Assembly: GCF_964213995.1 (NCBI RefSeq)
Contig: NW_027590156.1
Span: forward strand, 248,001-312,000
From: Mustelus asterias
Lineage: Eukaryota
Reading direction: 5' to 3'
DNA length: 64,000 nucleotides
A program made the translations under genes and the position numbers. This document shows positions 60,861-64,000 of the stretch, in pieces. The notes below the pieces were generated by a model. It did no database searches. It saw nothing but the letters and a program-made list of their open reading frames with translations, and had not been told where the DNA came from. How positions within the stretch are numbered: position 1 is the first letter of the stretch; each line of letters opens with the position of its first letter.

Positions 60861-63857
60861 TTTACCACCAGCTTTAAACCATGGAGTAACTTAGTATATT
60901 TTCATTTTACAGGGAAATAGCCCAGTTTGAAAAGACCGGTTGCAAATATGTCAATGGTTTTACTCCACAATCAATAACCTGCTTAATGATTGACATCTCA
61001 GTATTGTCTGAATTGGTAGATTTTTTATTCTTATGATATTTCACAATATCAATGACCTCCTTTCCATCAACACCTCTAAAACGTGAGATGGGATGAAGAG
61101 GTGGATCACTTTCTCTTGGAACTTTTATCATTGTCCATGAACTCTGTTAAAAAGAAATCCACATTTGAAAGCCCAGCCATTATATGAAATATCAGCACTA
61201 TAACAGGAGGAGATAAGAAAGACAGATACATTGATCTTTTCATCAACACATCTGAGAGTTAAGAATGTGTGACATGATTTTGGGATACCGGAGTGAGTGT
61301 ACAGATGTGATTTGTTACATGTGAAAAATAGCAAGCCTAAATTCATGGTGAGATGGAGTGAAGAGCGGGTCCCAAACACACACAGCTACTTGAGACACAG
61401 CAGGAGATGAAATGGTGAATGTGGCCAGGGCATTGAGACAACATTGTGACATCATCAAGGCATTGACACACACTCCAGAGAGAAACTGAGTTCAAAACAA
61501 TCAGGATCCAATTAAACACACTGCACATGGACACAAAGTGAGTGAAAGTTAAAGTAAAATGGATAATATTATAGATTGGGACAATTAAGGGCTTGGAAGA
61601 AATAATACTGAATAAGAACTGTCCACAATTTGGACAGGGGTAAAGAGAGAGCTGGAGAATCTTTTACATCCATGCTTGATCTGTTGCTTGAAGCATCTGT
61701 CCTTATGTACAAGTAACCTAGAACTCACGGTGCTCCTTCAGTGGTAGGAAAGATCGATTAGATGTTACCCCAGGCGGGGCCAGAACAGAACTGGAAAATA
61801 ACAGAGTGAAATTGAGTGAGGGATCAGAGAGAGAGTTCTCCCCCCTCAAGGTGTGGACTATAAGAATCCTGGGGGACCCCCTACTTTGGGTTTTCTTGCT
61901 AATTAGTGAACATTAGGTTAAATTCTGTGACTGGCTGTGCATTGATTTTGAATTTGATTGTTACACTTCTCCTGTTTTTATTCCTGTTGTGATTACACTC
62001 TGGGTAAGGATGGTTGACAGGTGACAGGATGGGAAATTGTGGTTTGGGTCATTAACCAAATGTTTTATTGATCTGAAAGGTGTAAAAGGGGCCAAACTTC
62101 AACAGAAATCCAGCAGAGCTGAGAACAGACGACTTGCTGTGTGGGAGCAGGGAGATAAACAGCTCCCAGAGGACAGAGAAAACAGGAGTGCCTTGAATCC
62201 TGGATGACACCTGGGTGTCAAGGCCACCATGTTTTCACTGCTTGGCATGGGAATGCTGACTCCCTGTACCAGGGACGGAGCGTGGGAAGACAATTGTTTG
62301 AGAGTTTGACGTGGCTTGTGCGGGTACAGATGGTTCAATGACACGTTTTGTAATTGGTCCGTTCAAATGTTAGCCGGGCAATGATTGGGTAAAATCAGTC
62401 TCCATAGTCTTTGTGATGTAAAAAAGTATAAGAAGGGATTCCCCGAGCACAGAGATTTGTCGAGGTTTTACATATTGCATTGACTGGTGCCATGGCATCT
62501 GGTGCAGAGCAGGGAGCATTTCCGTGGAGATGCTGCTTCTACCCAGAGTGTAATGGTAATGCTGCTGCACTTTGATACGACTGCTCAGACATTAGCCTGT
62601 GTCAGCTCTTATTGATCCTGAATAAAATCTAACCACTGTCACCAATAAGGGTTATCACTGGGAATCATTTCAGAGTTTGGGAAAAGGGGAGAAAGGGTTA
62701 ATTGACTCCCTGAACCCCATTTTCTAACATCGCTGTGTCAAAAATAAAATCCCATCTCCCCCTCTGGCTCCTTTGCCAATTACCTTAGAGGGACTCACTT
62801 TCTGTTAAAGAGCCTGCCAACCCCTCTCACCCGCTTTCCCTAAAGTGCATCAATCTCATCAGGAAATGTCCAGAACAATCAAATATTTTTACTGATAAAA
62901 GTTTATTAATGAAACAGAACATGGTTAAAACAAACAGAAAATGACTTGAGGATCAAAGACAACCAGAGTAAAGGGATGTTCACAATGTTCTGGACACAAA
63001 TCGTGTTTCTTCAGCTCCTCTGTCCCCTGTTCCTGTGACACCCCGCTTTGGACACAGGGACACTGAACCCTGGGGGGTCACCATCAGCCCTGGTCACCTC
63101 CTCCGGTGCCCTGATTGGTTGGAGGCCCATTTCCCAGTCAGTTCTCCAGCACCTTCCTGTCTCTCTATTAGTGCGACGCCCAGGGCAGTTTCCCAACTGG
63201 GGCGCAGGCCCCATTATTCTCAGCTAAATGCTGCCCTCAGCTCCGTCGCCTGGCTGTCATTGACACGAGCAATAGAGAGACAAAAAGGTACCCCAGGCTC
63301 AAATGGGAAGTTGAAACTTGTGGCTCTAAACCAACACTTCAACATTTGTCAGTCAAATCCATGTTATTTACACTGGGGGTTTTTATGATGAGATTAATTG
63401 AAGTGTTCGGCTGGTCAGCAAACTCGAGAAGCACTGATTCCAGATTGTTCAATACTTCTGCCTTGAATCACAAAAGCTTCTCACTTTATCCCCTTCCTGA
63501 ACTGAATTCCATCATCCTGAGCAGCTGTGGGTGTCACCTCTCTGTGTAAACTCCTGCCCCTTTTTATAAGGCTCTCTCATTCCTTATTGTGGGTCAATTC
63601 TTCAATGGTTGAGGATCGCTCTATGATGCAGTGAGTGTTTATCCGGTCAATCAATGTTTCTGATGTCAGTCACAACGTCCATCGTTACTTTTCACCTGTT
63701 TCTTACTCTGTGTTTTATAAAAATAAAGTTTTAAAATTTTTACAGAATGGTCAGCTGTAAGGTTTCTGTAGTTGGTGATGAGGTCATCCAAAGGTCAAAG
63801 CCTCTCTCTTTTCTCCTTCCCGTTTAACGAAGGGGTTGTGTGGAATATTCCATTCAG

Positions 63858-64000
63858 GGGGAGGTGGTGGGAATGTCGCTGGCCGAGTAATGCAGAGAAC
63901 CAGCAAAGGATCTGGGGACAGGCAGCTGGTGGGATTTGAATTCAGTGAATCAATCTGGAATTATATAAAGTTAGTGTCAGAAACGGTGACCATGAAACTT
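63858..64000 (+). mobile_element. SacSINE/DeuSINE-like SINE (runs off the window)
   Basis: GGGGAGGTGGTGG...TTTGAATTC...ATCTGGAATT...GTGACCATGAAAC. Confidence 0.55.

Larger units (their letters stand above)
57900..61130 (-). mobile_element. Old AT-rich L2/Crack-group LINE, fragmented by SINEs and a tRNA gene
   Basis: CGVSQGSVLGLKLFILYINDIWNVSKLLQLVLFADDANMF (59858-60079); further ORF2 pieces at 60226-60345 and 60907-61131. Confidence 0.7.

Overview
Eukaryotic (vertebrate) genomic DNA, almost certainly from a shark/cartilaginous fish (HE1-type V-SINEs, SacSINE/DeuSINE-like SINEs, abundant CR1 LINEs). No prokaryotic features. The first 17 kb carries two T-cell-receptor alpha/delta-type V gene segments on the + strand: a pseudogene at 11356-11755 and an intact leader+V+23-RSS segment at 16399-16895, with CTCF-like motifs nearby. 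The remaining 47 kb is a cluster of nine effector-less (no KRAB/SCAN/BTB seen) C2H2 poly-zinc-finger genes/pseudogenes. Six of them form three head-to-head pairs around CpG-island bidirectional promoters, and several share fossil upstream fingers with conserved in-frame TGAs and a highly conserved 3'-UTR motif. Interspersed are a young Neptune-type Penelope retroelement (RT+GIY-YIG, inverted pLTRs, tripled target-site duplication, hammerhead-ribozyme motifs), several further hammerhead-bearing PLE fragments including a ~79-bp mini-insertion, CR1/RTE/Rex-Babar/L2-group LINEs, two decayed ERV remnants, ~15 V-SINEs with two different tails, a tRNA-Lys(CTT) gene and an insert-containing tRNA-Pro pseudogene. 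Repeat boundaries were read by eye and are approximate.
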